From Botryllus schlosseri (taxonomy: Eukaryota): DNA of 64,000 bases. Made by a program: the position numbers and the translations under genes. The notes below the pieces were generated by a model. The model searched no databases and was not told the origin of the DNA. It saw nothing but the letters and a program-made list of their open reading frames with translations. Location of the stretch: the NCBI GenBank assembly GCA_051294905.1, contig CM119373.1, positions 5,396,001 through 5,460,000 of the forward strand, read 5' to 3'. Positions within the stretch are counted from its first letter, which is position 1. Every line of letters begins with the position of its first letter. Below, one piece after another: positions 63,564-64,000 of the stretch.

Positions 63564-64000
63564 CTTGCAACGAATCAGTCTTCACATTTTCCGAGGAGAA
63601 CCACCTTGATTACGTGTTGTACAATGGTACTTTACCTGAGATGTCATCACTCACAGTATGTGCCTGGGTTAAGCCTGACAAGGACAATGAATTTGTGAAA
63701 GGATCCCTCATCAGTTACTGCGAACCGCTCGGAAGCGATTGCAACACATTTTTTGTGCTGCTGCACTCAAATGGATCACGCCTCTTGCTCGTTTATGTCA
63801 ACTCACAATCCTATCGATTCTCGGGGGCTCCGTTCATAACGTCTCCTTCGCATTTTTGCGTGGTGGTGCACCCATACGAAGTGGGCTACTACATTAACGG
63901 TACTGAGCCAATGGATAGAATCGACCGTGAAAATTATATGAATATACCGACTGGCGGAGTGCTGATCTTAGGACAGGATCAAGACGGCAAAATAATCGGA
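63564..64000 (+). CDS. Pentraxin-domain exon, gene 3 (runs off window end)
   Basis: Acceptor ccttttcag; open frame CNESVFTF...DYVLYNGTLPEMSSLTVCAWVKP...SLISYCEPLGSDCNTF...SHFCVV...YYING...TGGVLILGQDQDGKIIG; close paralog of gene 2; absent from the ORF track because no stop falls in the window. Confidence 0.92.

Noticed and set aside
16282..64000. Three pentraxin exons as alternative last exons of one gene
   Set aside because: Each has its own upstream in-frame stalk exons and gene 2 has its own ATG and leader; separate paralogs is the simpler reading, though not excluded without transcripts

Overview
AT-rich eukaryotic (invertebrate animal, plausibly tunicate-like; inference only) genomic DNA with no prokaryotic features. 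The host content is a + strand tandem cluster of three pentraxin (PTX/LamG-like) genes. Each ends in one large phase-1 exon carrying the whole pentraxin domain (16282-16949, 49906-50537, 63564->64000) and is preceded by Thr/Ser-rich mucin-like stalk exons. Many stalk exons are symmetric phase-1 mini-exons of 69-87 nt, one with a GC donor; some sit in a tandemly duplicated block at the window start. The paralogs differ in the calcium-binding motif and in a Cys-closed loop. The rest is dense, deeply nested transposon debris: three Chapaev3-like elements, many hAT MITEs with 8-bp TSDs, near-perfect palindromic MITEs, three tRNA-derived SINE families and a pogo-like relic. One multi-level nest has a Chapaev3 element containing a non-coding LTR element, which contains a 5'-inverted (twin-primed) LINE fragment and a foldback/Merlin-like element with satellite-like arms. 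All calls come from manual reading; no database searches were run.
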